DNA of 64,000 bases from Eledone cirrhosa (Eukaryota). The stretch spans positions 238,576,001 to 238,640,000 of the forward strand of contig OZ024741.1 in assembly GCA_964016885.1 (NCBI GenBank), given 5' to 3'. Made by a program: the position numbers and the translations under genes. Below are positions 25,371 through 38,575 of this stretch, one piece after another. Positions within the stretch are counted from its first letter, which is position 1. Every line of letters starts with the position of its first letter. A model generated the notes under the pieces. The model did not search any database and had not been told where the DNA came from. It saw only the letters and a program-made list of their open reading frames with translations.

Positions 25371-25964
25371 ATAGTATATATATATATATATTTAAATTTT
25401 GAAAACCAACACAGTGTGTTAATAAGGACTTTAAATTGCCAAGATAACAAAAGAATCTTACCTTAGCAAATTTAACGATCCCAAATATTTTCAGGTTTAA
25501 AAACCAATTATCAAGGGAGTAACCCAATGAGAGACTTAAAAATCGATCGGATAGACTTACTTGCTTGGAGAACAGATTTAAGTTAAATGAAATGAAAAGA
25601 CGTTAAAATTTTGAACGTGCGTGTTGTGAAATGTATGATATATGCATGTCTTTGTAAATGTTTGTATGTGTGTGCATGAATATAAGTTTATGTAGTAAAA
25701 GATGTGTGTGGATATGTATATAAAGTGGGAAAAATATGTGTGCGATATATGGATGTGTGTGTTTGCCTAGTGAGGACAGATTTAATTTGAAAGAAAGAAA
25801 GAATGAAACTGGCTCTTTAGATGTTGGAATACAGGCTTTTAAATTAGCCATTCTGGTGCACTTCTTTCCATTTGATTATTGATCCTAGGTTTTAATTGCT
25901 TGATTAAGAGGGCTTCCTTAATTCTGAGCATGCCTATACTGTGTTTGGTAGTTAAGATTGTTGT

Positions 25965-26245
25965 CATCATCATCATTATCATCATCGTTTAACGTCCATC
26001 TTCCACGCTAGCATGGGTTTAGATGAGAATTGTCCCACTTTAGTCAAGATTGGTTGTCTTGCTCGTATAGGACTGTCTGGCAGGTTTTCTACGGCTGGAT
26101 GCCCTTCCTAACACCAACCACGTTTACAGTGCGGACTGGGAGGTTTTTACCGTGTTACTTACACGGCCACATTACAGCGTGGATTGTGTGTTTTTTTTTT
26201 GTCGTGACATCTACACGACCATTTATTTAGGACTGGATGTTGTAG
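25965..26245 (-). mobile_element. SINE family B 3' part
   Basis: (CAT)n, CGTTTAACGTCCATCTTCCACGCTAGCATGGG, GCTGGATGCCCTTCCTAACACCAACC. Confidence 0.8.
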
Positions 26246-26884
26246 TACCAACATAACTTTACATAGAATGTTTTCCCGGTTTCCACATTTGATGATGTGT
26301 TTGTGAAAAGAAGAGGAGTTGCTGTTAACATGCTCTTTAATACGGAGATGTAATGGTCAAATAGTGCTGTCTATGTATACTTGTCTGTTGTATTTCTGAT
26401 GACAAATGTGACAAGGAATTGTCTAACTTTGGGGGAGCAAATACCATAATATGTAGAAGTTCTCTCCATTTAACCTCACTGCTATTTTACTTTGAAATGG
26501 TATGATCATTAGCTTGTCATTATTTTTTTGTATATACCTATATAGCTCAGGGCTAGGTAAGAAGTAAGTTCTAGAGTAAGATGGATCTCCTCAACAAGTT
26601 TAGTCACTGTCCTCATTTCAATATGTACATTACATCATCTTTTTTTTCTACTATAGAGTAAAATTTAGACTTTGTGTATCTGGTTAGAAGAACTAATTTA
26701 CAGCATAGTAGTAAAATATTGTAGTGCAAGGGAGCAGAAAGTAATACTTTGGAAGTTATTAGAACCTATGAAACTTGGATGTAGCTAGCTGAATGTTTTG
26801 AATTCCTTAATGGAGTGGGGTGCTTGGAGGTGTGAGGATAGCTACTTATAGGTAATAGAAGGGTGGGTGTGACGTGTGGATGAA

Positions 26885-28470
26885 TCAGGTCAAGTTTTTG
26901 ACTGGTAGATAGATCTTTGGCAGTACAGCATAGCTTAAGTCCTTGTGGTACTTTGTTATCTCTGTTGTGAGGTTCAGCTTCTTAAGGTCAGCCTTCACTA
27001 CTTCCCATGTCTTTCTGGGTCTGCCTCTTCCACAAGTTCCATCCACTGAAATTTCTCTGCACCGCTTATAAATTCTTCTTTGCCCAATTATTCTTGTAAG
27101 GATTGTTGGGGCAGAGTCCTCAAACACTCCTTCCAGCAGGTCCTGTCAGAAGCAACCATCTCCAACTGATCTGGCTGGATCCCCAAGTAAGTGAGACCAG
27201 CCAAACTCATGGATGTTATCTAACCATCTTGCTTGGTGGTGGTGGTGGTGGTGGTGGTGGTGGGGGTCTACCCCTGGGTCTCCTGCTGATTGGTTTTGCC
27301 TGTAAAATCTGTCCAGCAATTCTTTCCTGAGACATTCTAACCACATGCCTCTAGTATCAGAGCTGTGATCTCTCAATTCAGAGAAGTAGTGGCTCTACCT
27401 GGAGTGACTCTCTGATGTCTGAGCTATGCACTCTATTGAGTAATGTTACTCCAAAGACCCTTCAGAGGAATCCATTTCAGCTGCTTGTATTTGCAATCAT
27501 ATTCTTTTGGTCATTACTCAAGTTTCATAACCATAGGTAAGGGTTGGCACAAATATCGAATTGAAGATAGCGAGTTTGGGTTTTACACCTACCTCCCTTC
27601 TGATTACTGAAGCTGGCACATTACTGCACCAGCTCCTGCAATTCTTACACTTAATTCAGTTTCATAACTTCCATCACTTGTGAACACGGCCTCGAGATAC
27701 TGGAACTCTTCCACCTGCTTCAGTGGAACTCCATTCACATGTAGAGCACACTGTGCAGGCTTCCTTTCAGCACTGATTTTCATTTCAGCCATGCAGCACT
27801 TGGCATCAAACCTATCAAGTGCAAGTCAGAGATCACTCTCTGTCGAGTTAAGTAGTACCATGTTGTCTGCAAATTCCAGCTGACTGATTTTACACCTGCC
27901 CATTTTGATACTACTTCCAACCTGGCTGCACATGTCAATCCTTTTCATGAAAATAATGAACAGGTAAGTTGACAGTATGCATCCTTAGTGGAGTCCGACT
28001 CCCACATTCAATAGTTTTGATTTAGCCAAGCTTTCTATGTATAGACACATTAGGTTTTATCCGGGCATTTGTATAGAGACATTAGGGCAGCTAGAAGCTG
28101 ACCATTGATCCCATACTCCTTCAAAACCTTCCATAGCAGATCCTGAGGAACAGTCATATGCCTTGATTTCTCAAAGACCTGCCGCAGTGTGAATATTTGG
28201 TTGGCTGTGTTGTGTCCAGGGTGAAAACTGCACTGTTCATCAGCCAGCTTGGACTCGACAATCAACCTGCATCTCTTTGCCAGACACTTAGCATAGACTT
28301 TACTGGGGGAGGTTAACAAGGAGATCCCACTGTAATTAGAACAATCTCTCTTGTCTCCCTTTTTGAAAATTGGGACTATCACTCCTGATTGCTATTACTT
28401 AGGTGCGTTTCTAGAGATCCAGGCCACACAGCACACATGAGACAGCCAGAGAATACCTTCTCTATTTAAA
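26885..28470 (-). mobile_element. Degenerate RTE LINE fragments (two juxtaposed)
   Basis: IVPIFKKGDKRDCSNYSGISL, QIFTLRQVFEK, LKQVEEFQYL, GRGRPRKTW motifs. Confidence 0.9.
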
Positions 28471-29066
28471 CCTTTAGAATAAGTATGCATAATAGGTTTT
28501 TATATCAATTTATTCAGAATTTTTCAATTACAAATGTTTCAATGGGTTTGGTGACTATGCAGTGTGTTGGTTCCATAGCATCAATCCAGATCTTCAGATG
28601 GTCTTCTGAACACTATTTTATCTATACCTGGTTCTCTGGAGAAATTCCTTAATTGGTCATCTGCCTGCATATAATATAATATAATATAATATATTATAAT
28701 ATATATACACACACACACAGACAAGTTGTGCAACTAGCTTTATACTGTCTAGAAAAGACTTTCATTTTATTTGCAAATGTAAATGTTTTCATTTCAAAAA
28801 AAAATATTATTGAAAGTTTATTATAAAGAAGCAGTATCAGGGAAAAAAAAACAAAACGTTATTTCGCTGTTAATAAACAACTGCCTTCTACAGTACGTTT
28901 CATTTAACTTACACAGCATATTTATTTGCTTACATGCACAGACTCTTCTACACACACACAACATTTAAGAAAACGGAAACAAAATACACAAACAAACAGA
29001 CATTTTATTTCTATCGTAATCAAGTGCGCTAAACCTATATTGTTTACATTCTGTGTTTTTCTACGG

Positions 29067-30376
29067 ATGGGTAGAAATAACAAAATTGCCATGGTGATAT
29101 CCATCGATGAAATATGCGACAAAACTGGCCGATGTCCCAAAATAGAACATTGCCCAGAAAATCACATCTGCCATATCTGTGCGGAACCCGAAAACTCGTT
29201 CCGTAATCGCTGGGTCGAGTGTGGAACCTGTCGCATCTCTGTCTGCCTTCAATGCGCCACAGGCTTCCGGAGGATCCCAGGCCAAAAAAGAGACATCATA
29301 ATGCTATGATGGATGGAATATGGGAGATGGTCCAGCTAAAATCCTGGTCCTTTCAGTGCCTGGCCTGTGTGCCTGCCTCCACTAATGTTATTGAAAAACA
29401 ACAACAACAACAAAAACCAATGACTGTGTCTTCCTCTACCATTGTTACTGAACAACGGCAAAAACCTATGACACTGGCTTCTGCTGCTGTTCCTGTGGGA
29501 GAACATCAGAAACAACAACAACCCATGTCTTCCACTCCCAGTACATCTCGACACCAACAACTGGTGACTGTGTCTTCCCCTACCATTCCCGTGGAGGAAC
29601 ATCATCATCACCAACAACAACAACAACAACAACAACAACAGCAACAACCTGCGACTGTGTCCTCCCCTGCCATTCCCGTGGAGGAACATCATCATCACCA
29701 ACAACGACAGCAGCAGCAGCAACAACAACAACAACAACAACAACCGACCAGTACAGATTTTGCGGAACTGCAACTAATGATTGCTGCTCTGAGAAGGGAA
29801 GTTGCAGGAATAGAGGCAAGCATTCGGGTAGGACCCCACAATGAGGGGTCTTATCGGAATGCCTTGCTAAAGAATCTCCCTGTACCTCTTGCTGAAAAGA
29901 CTGAAAAGACTGCGGAATCTGCTACCCATGAAGTGATTGCCATTGGGGTACCAGAGGACAAGGCTGATCTTCAGGCATTTGCTGCCAGCTCAGCCAAAGA
30001 CCTAGGCTGTGTTCCCCCAAAGGGTGCTCTCCGCCTTGGTCGACCTGGTCCAAAACCCAGACTCATCAGGCTGTCTTTTTCGGACCCCGCAGAGGCAACC
30101 TCATATCATCTGGCCTCTGCTAAAGCTGGGCGTGAAAATCGGATTACCTTCTGAACACGCCCAGGCCTACCACCCCATGTACGTCCAAAGCTACGTGCTG
30201 CAGCTTCCTTGAATCGGAACTCAGCACAAGATGAAAGTTTTAGTCTGCGTGATGATGGGCAGATCTGGAGGTTTGTCAAGGCTGGTGAAACGTGGAAGAG
30301 AGATACCAGCTGGTCTGAGTGTGATATACCCACAATAACTGGCAATGTAAAAACTGCTACAACTCTGGGAAACTAA
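29067..30376 (+). pseudogene. LINE ORF1: PHD-like Zn finger, polyQ linker, coiled coil, RRM-like domain (1 frameshift, 1 stop)
   Basis: CHIC..CGTC..CLQC in ORF 28926-29309 continues to FQCLAC in ORF 29219-30154 across the A-run at ~29284; VIAIGVPE...RLGRPGPKPRLIRLSF; frame continues past TGA 30152 to TAA 30374-30376. Confidence 0.75.
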
Positions 30377-30432
30377 ACCAGAACAACCTGCCACCCTCTA
30401 CACACCATCATAAACTGCGAGCAGGGTACAAA

Positions 30433-33215
30433 TTGTTGTCCTTAAATGCTCGCAGTTTATGCAACAAGATACATCTGTTCGAATCCTACGTCAGAAGCAT
30501 CGACCCTGACTTCATCACAGTCACGGAAACATGGGCACATTCCTTACTCTGTGATGGGGTTTTCAGCATTACTGGGTACAACCTTTTCCGCAAGGACCGC
30601 ATTAACCGCCGTGGTGGTGGTGTGATGGTCTACGTTCGTTCAAACTTTTCAGTAATTCCTTGCATTGATTTGAACGAATCACAGGAAGAAGTTTTTTTCT
30701 GTGACATACGTATGACCATGTCAACACTTCTGCTTGGTGTTGTTTATCGCCCCCCCCCCCCCCCCCCCCCCCAAAACTACCATCAGGACACACAGCTTTG
30801 CGATATCCTCAGAGTTGCTGCCAAGAAAACAGCCACTTATGTGTTTATTGCAGGTGACTTCAATCATCCTGAGATCGATTGGGAAACCTTTCATTGGCCA
30901 CAATGTGCAAACGATTTCCTTGAACTAGTGCTGGACTCAAACTGGTCACAAGTAGTCACCTCTCCAACAAGAGGTGACAACACTTTGGACCTGATCTTCA
31001 CCACTACTCCTGAAGTGGTTATCAGTTGTACTACTGAGGAACCTCTAGGCGACTCTGATCATGCTATGATCATTGCCAATCTGGCACTTGAGGGCAGCAA
31101 CAAAAACCAGAGCCATCTCCAATCTGCTTGCTTTGATTGGAAGAGGGCGGATTGGAACTTGTACTGCACTGAGCTACAGCGCCCAAACTGGCATGAGATG
31201 TATAACTCTGGAGATGTGAACTCTATACTCCAGAGCATCCTGGACTCAATATGGATAGCGTGTGCAGCATCAGTGCCACGGAAGCGGAAAAATAACCACC
31301 CCAAAAGTGCAATCTGGGAAACTTCAGCGGTTCGACTTGCCAGGAAAGAACGTCGGAACGCTGAACGGGAATATAAACTGCATAAATCAGATGCCAACAG
31401 AAAAAAGCGGAATAAATCTTCTAACCATCTCAAGCAAGTGACAAAGAAGGCAGTGCTTGAATTTGAACAGTGCATCGCAACCAATCCTGACAGTAAGGTG
31501 TTCTGGAAATATGTTCATTCAAAGCAGAGACCTCACTCTCCAGTTGGTCCTCTTCGCAATCCCCACACAAGCCAGATCACTGACGATCCCAAGGAATGCG
31601 CAGAACTCATTGCTGAGTGCTATGCAAGTATTTTTACTGTTGAAAACCAGAATGTACCATCTCCACCATCTCTAACATCAAATTCCATAACAACTATGGA
31701 ATTTACACCTGCAATGTTGCGACGTCACCTTAAGAATAAGCGCAACTATGCCTCCCCTGGTCTTGATGGTGTGACATACCTGCTTCTCAAACGTGGCGGG
31801 TATTTCCTTTTGCGCCAGCTTTCTTTCTTCTTTCAATACTGTCTCAACAATGGTGCTACTCCGGAGCAGTGGAAAACTGCCAGTGTCATTCCCCTGTTCA
31901 AAAAGGGCAACTGCATGTCACCTGTCAACTATCGTCCAGTCAGTCTTACTAGCTGTATGGCCAAACTGATGGAATCCTGTGTCAGAGAAACACTTTGGAA
32001 CTTCTGGAGCTCTCACAGCCTCATCCGGCCCTCACAGTTTGGATTTATCCCTAACTCCAGCTGCTGTGATCAGCTTATCGAGTTCCTTGAGGACATCACC
32101 CGGATCACTGACAGCGGCTCATGGGTGGATGTTGTTTACCTTGACTTTGCTAAGGCTTTTAATTCTGTGCCACACAAAAGACTTATGGCAAAACTCTCTG
32201 CAATGGGTGTGAGGGATGATCTTTTCGACTGGTTGAAATCCTTCATTCTCAGCCGAAAGGAAGTAGTCACGGTTCTAGGACAGCATTCTTCACCATATGA
32301 GATGTCATCTGGTGTACCACAGGGATCTGTTCTTGGTCCTCTTTTGTTTGTGGCATATATTAATGACATAGATGCCAACTTACAGAATGCCACGGTACTA
32401 AAATATGCAGATGACATCAAGCTGTACCTTGAAATCAAAAGGACTGATCCTGAAATTTACAACTCTTTCCTACAATCAGACCTGGACACAATGCAGCAAT
32501 GGATCACAGACTGGCAACTGAAGCTGGCTGTGGACAAGTGTACCACCATGCATTTTGGAAGGAAAAATCCAGCGTCCACATAGTCCCTCCACAACACTGA
32601 TATCAAAAAGTCCTCTTGTGAACGTGACCTGGGCATTACTGTCAGCAATGATTTGCGTTGGACAAAGCATGTCTCTAAGATTGTCAAGAAGGCCGAGGGT
32701 GTCTTGGCATCACTCAGCAAGAACTTTGTTAGCCGCTCTCCAGTCATCTATTTAAAACTGTATACAGCTATGGTGCGACCACACTTAGAATTTGCATCAT
32801 CAGTCTGGAACCTCTATCTTGCTCAGAACATTGACTCCTGGAAACTGTTCAGAGACGTGCAACCAAGCGCATACCCTCCATCAGACACCTACCATACTCT
32901 GAATGCCTTGCTTCCCTGGGCATGGATTCATTGAAGCTCCAACGTCTGGCAATGGACTTGGTGAATACCCACAAAGTTTTTAACCATCTCGCCAATTGCA
33001 ACCCTGAGCGCCTCTTTGATCTCCATGTGTCTAACACACGTGGACATGCCTACAAGATCAGAAAACAGCACAGCTCCCATGACTTTCGTAGACATTTTTT
33101 CACGCTCAGAGTTGCTGAAGCATGGAACAAACTGCCTGCGTCAATTGTTAGCTGCCGAGACACTGCATCCTTTAAGACACTCATGCTTCCCGAAATACGC
33201 CAAAACTACACCTGA
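30433..33215 (+). pseudogene. LINE ORF2: APE endonuclease-reverse transcriptase (stop at 32581, frameshift ~32835)
   Basis: LNARS, TETW, GDFN, LDL, SDH (APE); NYRPVSLTS, QFGF, YLDFAKAF, GVPQGSVLGP, YADD (RT); ERDLGI and RPHLEFA downstream. Confidence 0.95.
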
Positions 33216-34137
33216 TGTACCCCTTCCATACACATGCACACGTGTGTATCATGACTCGTGCACTTTTCATTTTACTGATGTTTGTGCATTGCGCTATGTA
33301 CTGTACATGCACTTTTTTGATGAGTTGTGGTGCACCTGGGCACTGTACACAATATTTCATTATTGTTATTGTTATTATATCATGACTCATACACTGTTCA
33401 TTTTCCTGACATTTGTACATTATTCTATGTACTATACATGCACCTTTTATGAGTTGTAGTGCACCTGAGCACTGTACACAATAATTTCATTATTATTATT
33501 TATTTCTTCATGAAGTTTTAGTTTCAAAGAATAAAGAGATGAATTTATGCAGCCCAGGTCAGCACCCCCCACCCCACTTCATCTTTCCATATTAATGGCA
33601 ATGGCAGGCAAGGTGCACTTTGTCAGAGTGCAATAGTTATTATTTTACTACTTACTACACTTATAAGTGGTGGACATTGTGATTAATGAGTTTATTTATT
33701 CTCAGTTTACTGAGGTGGTGGACCAGGAAAATGGTTCTATTTGTTTTGCTGGGAAATATCTTTTTCATGTACTTAACACAAATTGTGTTTAATACCTGGT
33801 GGGTACATCTTTTTAAGTGTATTTCATGAGCCTATAACAGCTCTTGTTGCCAATTCTAGCAACGTTATATATTATAGAGTCATAGTCACCTATAAAAGGT
33901 GTACTGTAAATTTGGCATGAAAATGCCAAAGCAAAGTGAACTTATAACAGGTAATGTTATGGATACATTTTTAATATTTTGCAAATAAATAAAATAGAGC
34001 CAAGCAGAATATTAAAAACACTAGCAGAAAACCACCCTCTGGGTGGTATTTTGCTGCAGTAAATAGTGTGCATATTGGTATTATACACAAATATATATGC
34101 ATATAGATATATGTAAATTGAAAAGTAAATTGACAAT

Positions 34138-34790
34138 ATCTTCTTCTTTGCCCACTTATTTCTGAGATGGTTGTAGGGGCAGAGTCCTTCTCAAACACTC
34201 CTTCCAGCGAGTCTGTCAGAAGCAAACATCTCTAACTGATTCAGCTGGATCCCAAAGCGTGACCAGCCAAACTCATGGCTGTTATCCAACTATCCTGCTC
34301 AAGGTCTACCTCTGGGTCTCTTGCCGGTTGGTTTTGCCTGTAAAATCTGTCCAGCGATTCTTTACTGAGACATTCTAACCACATGCTCATAATATCGGAG
34401 TTGTGATCTCTCAATTCAGAGAAGTAGTGGTTCTACAAGGAGTGACTCTCTGGTCTCTGAGCTATGCACTTTATCAAGTAATGTTACTTCAAAGACTCTT
34501 CGGAGGAACCCCATTTCTGCTGCTTTTATTTGCAATTGTATTCTTCTGGTCATTACTCAAGATTCATGATCCTCGGTAAGAGTTGGCAAGAATACCAGGA
34601 AGACAGCGAGTTTGGCTTTTATACCTACTCCCCTTCTTCTGATTGCTGAATGCTCAGGCTGGCACATTACTGCATCAGCTTTTGAAATTCTTGCACTTGA
34701 TTCAGCCTCCTGCCTTCCATCACTCATGAACATGGCCCCGAGATACTTGAACTTCTCTAACAGCTTCAGTAGAACTCCATTCACATGTAT
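34138..34790 (-). mobile_element. RTE LINE 3' fragment (same family as 27075-27740)
   Basis: Direct nucleotide similarity to 27075-27740; LEKFKYLG motif. Confidence 0.88.
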
Positions 34791-34944
34791 ATAGATTTGA
34801 AGGATTTCTCTCCACCCATCCATCACACAATGTGTATGTGTGTTTGTGTGAATGTATGTATGTGTAAAAGGAAGGAAAGGGATACACACATATATGTCTC
34901 TAACTTAAAAACAGTGACACACACACACACACGTCTCTAATTTA

Positions 34945-35620
34945 AGAACACTGATAAACTCATGCATGCACTTAAGAGCTTTGGCCCGGGCAAACATCTC
35001 CTCAATTTTGAAACCATCAGGGTTGTCAAGAATCGATGGAAAAAGACTTGATGGTCTTACTCTGAGCTCCTGGTCAAGAGGCAGGTGCCTTATCTGGGAC
35101 GTCACAGTTAGTGACTCTTTTGCTTCTGCCCACATACTAGATGCAGCAGTAAGGGCGAGAGCTACAGCATCCACAGCTGAATGGAACAAAATCCTAAAAC
35201 ACCGTGTTCTATCAGCTAACTAGATTATCTAGTCTGTGGCATTCTGGACGTTTGGGGGAGTCAAGCTACTGACAGCGAGGTTCTTATCCTCACTGGCGGC
35301 TTGCCAAACAGAGGTAACTGGTGATGCTCGTGAGGGCACTTGGTTGTTCCGGCATCCTAGCCTTGCCATCACCCCAGGTAAGGCTGCGAGCATGCTGGTT
35401 TGCCTCAAAAATTATTAGAGAGGTTTCCCATTGCTCCTTGCTATATTGTTATCTTTTGCTCTAGTAGCGGCTCGTTTGTCCACCCCTTCACCTGCATTTT
35501 GTTCTATGTGGTCTACGTGCTTGTGTATTTTTTCTCTTTCATTTTTCTTTTTGCTTTGTATATATTATATTTGTTTGTGTTTTCGTTCTGTAACCATTAT
35601 ATCAAATGAGTTTAAAAAAA
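34945..35620 (+). mobile_element. CRE-like RLE retroposon 3' fragment
   Basis: LKPSGLSRIDGKRLDGLTLSSWSRGRCLIWDVTVSDSFA; ends near a poly-A at 35614. Confidence 0.75.
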
Positions 35621-35895
35621 AAAAGAGTTAAACTGTGTTGTTAATAAAGAAGTAAAAAGTGTACTTCATTTTATCCTCCCATTTCCAATTTATTGAACGC
35701 TGCTATAATGACTGTATGAGTGTGTTTGTGTAAATATATATGAGTGAATGTATGTATGTGTATTTTTGTAAGTTTGTCTGTGTTTGTGCGATTATAGTTA
35801 TATACTCATACACATAGATGTATGTGCACATACACACATGCACCTACATATGCATCACCATGTTGAAAAAAATCATAATCTCTTCATCTATCTCT

Positions 35896-35980
<85 letters not shown>

Positions 35981-36614
35981 ATAATCACTCTGTCTATCTG
36001 TATCTCTCTCATCACACACTCTCTCTTTCTATATATTTGGTGGTGGTGGTGGCGGCGATATACCGGAAGTGTAGAAATTTGAAACTTTTAAAAGAAGTTA
36101 ATTTTAAATAAGCAATAAAATTATTTATATTTAATTAAGAGTTATGAAATTTAGTACATAAATTATGTAATATTCATTCATTATTTATTTCATCCTTATG
36201 GGGTTGATAAAATAAAGTACCAGTAATGTACTGGGTAATTGCTGGCCTTGTGCCTAAAATAGAAACAATTATTTATTCAAAGTAATCCAACCTATTTTAC
36301 TAACTGGATTAAAAGATATAAATCGGACATTGTCCCGCACTCTTCCCTTTATTAAAGTATAAATTACTTACATTACATTAGCAGTATATATGCTTGCATG
36401 GGTTAGACAGGTTGTCATGAACTGTGGCTAGACTGATTAGGTGACCCTGTTTTGCTTGTATGTTCCATTTTGGGCTTTGTTTCTATGGCTTTACAAGGAG
36501 CTTTTTATCATGACCCCAGCATTACCACCTTATACAGTTGACTAGTTATTTTTTGTTGTGGATTGGATCCATTTTTATCATGCACTCGCACTTGGGCAGC
36601 ATTTAGTATACATA

Positions 36615-37522
36615 GCATGGAAAAAGGCTGAAAGAAGGTTTACCAATGTCTTGCAATGTGGAAATCAGAGACGTGAGGTGTTCCACATTGCAAGGCAATG
36701 TGTAGTGGGAATTGGGTTGTTGTTGGGGGAAAATGTGTTTGAAATGACACAGGTGCACTTAACATCACTGATGCTAAAAAGAAAGAGGCCTGGAAATGTT
36801 ACTATGGGAGGCTGATGAATGTGGAGAATGAATGGGAGGAAGAGAGACTACCCCCAGCCAACCCAACAGAATGACCAGCTGTTGAAATTGACAGTTATAT
36901 GGTCAAAGAAGTAATCAAGGAGATGGAGGATGGGAAAGCTGTAGAACCTTCAGAGATAGTTGCTAAGATGCTAAAAGCACCAGGAGAAGTAGGAGATGAA
37001 CTAATAACTCACATAGTCAATCAGGTAATACGGGATGGAGTCATTCCCAATGACTGGCAGGGCAGTACAATTGTAAATTGTTACAAAGGAAAGTGTGATG
37101 CTCTAGAAAAGAGGAACTTCAGAGGAATAAAACTGATGGACCAAGTTGGGAAAGTGATAGAGTTATACCACAGCTAATTAGGGAAATAGTCAAATTAGAT
37201 GAGATGCAGTTCAGACTTGTGCCTGGGAGAAGTACTACAGATGCCCTCATCTTACTGAGGTAACTACAAGGGAAGTTCCCAGCCAAGAACAAGCTGCTAT
37301 GTTTAGCTTTATGGGATCAAAAGAAGGCCTTTTTCAGAGTACCTTGATTGTCATCTTATCTTACTTAATGAAATTAGGCATAGAAGAATGGCTTGTGAGA
37401 GCAGTGCAAGTCATCTAGAAAGGAAGTGTCAGTAAAGTCTGAGTAGGAAAGGAGTTTAGTGAAGAATTCAAGGTACAGGCGGGAATTTATCAGGGTTTGG
37501 TCCTCAGCCTATTTCTGTTCAT
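36615..37522 (+). mobile_element. Degenerate RTE LINE RT fragment
   Basis: IPNDWQGSTIVNCYKGKCDALEKRNFRGIKL; downstream EMQF..VPGRSTTDA and QGLVLSLFLF. Confidence 0.85.
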
Positions 37523-37576
37523 GTGCACAAAAGCTTAGTTTCTTGAAATAATGTAGTAATTAATCATTATACTTAT

Positions 37577-38387
37577 GGTGGTAGGTTGAAAAGTTCATAG
37601 GTTGACCATAAAGGAGTAGTGCCAGAGCTGTGAAATCTTGCATGCATTAATTTCAACTCTTTTTATTAATAACTGCCTCTTTTCTTTTCCGAGTAAATTG
37701 ACATCTGACTGTTCCAGCTGGTTTTCTTGAATGTTTCCTATCACAGGATGAGTGTTGGGTTCATCATTTTGAGTCAGAGGCAAAGATACAATCCATGTAG
37801 TGGAAACACCCATACTCACCTGCTCCAAAGAAGACCAAGGTCATTTCATCTGCAGGGAAGATGATGGCCTCAGTTTTGGGGGATGTATAAGACATTGTGT
37901 TTATTGATTATCTTCAAAAGGACTGCACCATCAACGGAGAGTACTATGCCAACTTGCTGAGGAAATTTATGAAGGGCAATCAATACCAAATGCCTAGGAA
38001 AACTGACAAAAGGGGTTTTGTTTCATCAGCACAATGCTCGAGTACACAAGTCCTTAGTTTCAATGGCTGCTGTGCAAGACTATGGCTTTGAACTGGTTGA
38101 TCACCTTTCCTCTCCTGATTTGGCCCCACTTGACAATCATCTGTTCCCCTGTATGAAAAAATACTTGGCTGGGAACCAGTATTGCAGTGATGATGATGTC
38201 ATATCTGCTATTGATGACTTTTTTTACCAACAGGATGAAAGCTTCTTTATCAACAGGATCCAAGCACTGTGACACCAATAAAAGAAGTTTGTAGACTGCA
38301 AGAGGGACTATGTTGAAAAATAACCTCATTTGGTCACATTTCATGAGAGTATCTTGGTCAGCTTATGAATTTTTCAGCCAACCCACA
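37577..38387 (+). mobile_element. Mariner transposon remnant (internally deleted)
   Basis: ~30-bp imperfect TIRs flanked by TA; SAGKMMASV, FIDYLQK..TINGEYYANLL, HQHNARVH, SPDLAP motifs. Confidence 0.9.
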
Positions 38388-38575
38388 TATTACACATTGA
38401 ATGTGCTGCTCACAGGACAAAATTTTGCACGACATAGGATTTTTTACATGGTAACATTGACTCTAGATTGATTTCACTCCCAGCAATACTCCAAATTGCC
38501 TTCTCTTTAGTTTAGTATTGAGTAAATCACAATAAATAAATAAATAACAGCAATTACATCTCATTATATATATAA

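Larger units (their letters stand above)
28900..33500 (+). mobile_element. Near full-length CR1/L2-type LINE (ORF1 + ORF2 + 3'UTR, duplicated 3' tip)
   Basis: Two ORFs (listed separately); 3'UTR ends in (ATT)n at ~33375 and a second 3' tip spans 33378-33500. The 5' boundary is approximate. Confidence 0.92.
34020..36364 (+). mobile_element. Helitron-like element (same family as 5835-6312) split by ~1.9 kb of later insertions
   Basis: 5' part 34020-34138 matches 5835-5958; 3' part 36060-36364 matches 6110-6312 and holds a SINE-A fragment at 36190-36272. Confidence 0.6.

Noticed and set aside
25455-25600. Possible first Pcdh exon (minus-strand GTAAG donors near 25460 and 25560)
   Set aside because: Donor motifs alone are too common to support a call.
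29336-29819. Poly-Leu and poly-Val minus-strand ORFs resembling membrane proteins
   Set aside because: Antisense readings of the LINE ORF1 (CAA)n polyQ tracts.
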